Source: Squalus acanthias
Taxonomy: Eukaryota
DNA: 64,000 nucleotides
NCBI GenBank assembly: GCA_030390025.1
Contig: CM059431.1
Coordinates: 147,252,001-147,316,000, forward strand
Direction: 5' to 3'
Of this stretch, positions 63,440 through 64,000 are shown piece by piece (the stretch's first letter is position 1; every line of letters starts with the position of its first letter). Both the position numbers and the translations under genes were made by a program. A model generated the notes under the pieces. It made no database searches. It saw only the letters and a list, made by a program, of their open reading frames with translations, and was not told the DNA's origin.

Positions 63440-64000
63440 AGACAACAGTGCAGCGCTCCCTCAGTACTGCCCCTCCGACAGTGCAGCGCTCCCTCAGTAC
63501 TGCCCCTCCGACAGTGCAGCGCTCCCTCAGTACTGCCCCTCCGACAGTGCAGCGCTCCCTCAGTACTGCCCCTCCGACAGTGCAGCGCTCCCTCAGTACT
63601 GCCCCTCCGACAGTGCAGCGCTCCCTCAGTACTGCCCCTCCGACAGTGCAGCGCTCCCTCAGTACTGCCCCTCCGACAGTGCAGCGCTCCCTCAGTACTG
63701 CCCCTCCGACAGTGCAGCGCTCCCTCAGTACTGCCCCTCCGACAGTGCAGCGCTCCCTCAGTACTGCCCCTCCGACAGTGCAGCGCTTCCTCAGTACTGC
63801 CCCTCCGACAGTGCAGCGCTTCCTCAGTACTGCCCCTCCGACAGTGCGGCGCTCCCTCAGTACTGCCCCTCCGACAGTGCGGCGCTCCCTCAGTGCTGCC
63901 CCTCCGACAGTGCGGCACTCCCTCAGTACTGTCCTCCGACAGTGCAGCACACCCTCAGTACTGACCCTTCGACAGTGCAGCGCAACCTCAGTACTGAACA
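63440..64000. repeat. 33-bp tandem repeat (GACAGTGCAGCGCTCCCTCAGTACTGCCCCTCC)n derived from a SINE body
   Basis: About 17 units; matches the SINE segment at 51700-51730; preceded by SINE-like sequence at 63310-63440. Confidence 0.9.

Noticed and set aside
61173..63950. Periodic peptide ORFs (HRNRRRPFSPSSLL; HCRRGSTEGAL)
   Set aside because: They are read-throughs of 42-bp and 33-bp tandem repeats whose lengths are multiples of 3.

Overview
Repeat-rich vertebrate genomic DNA with spliceosomal GT-AG introns. The repeat inventory (CR1 and L2 LINEs, Neptune-type Penelope elements, tRNA-headed SINEs, a 67-bp satellite) points to a cartilaginous fish; this is an inference. Three host genes can be reconstructed by hand, and all three carry lesions in this assembly. 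(1) A + strand gene with 11 visible exons (3158-28272) encodes an EHD/dynamin-like P-loop GTPase with two C-terminal hydrophobic segments; exon 4 is 1 nt short. (2) A - strand 4-exon gene (53935-58594), mostly absent from the ORF track, encodes a small Cys-containing protein with a resemblance to the P2X7 C-terminal 'ballast' domain; one exon is split by a Penelope insertion with a 10-bp target-site duplication (TSD). (3) A - strand ecto-ADP-ribosyltransferase exon (62450-63283) has a frameshift and a stop at the catalytic Arg. Between them lie a decayed ERV with a Loki/ERV4-like RT and two different env-like membrane anchors, a 6.4-kb 67-bp satellite with a 1629-bp internal duplication, a probable solo LTR, and a 68-bp repeat carrying extended CTCF motifs that has been hit three times by Penelope elements. 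At least eight Penelope-type minimal hammerhead ribozyme motifs and several minisatellites grown from retroelement segments are also present. There is a 500-N gap at 961-1460. All homology calls come from motif recognition only; no searches were run.
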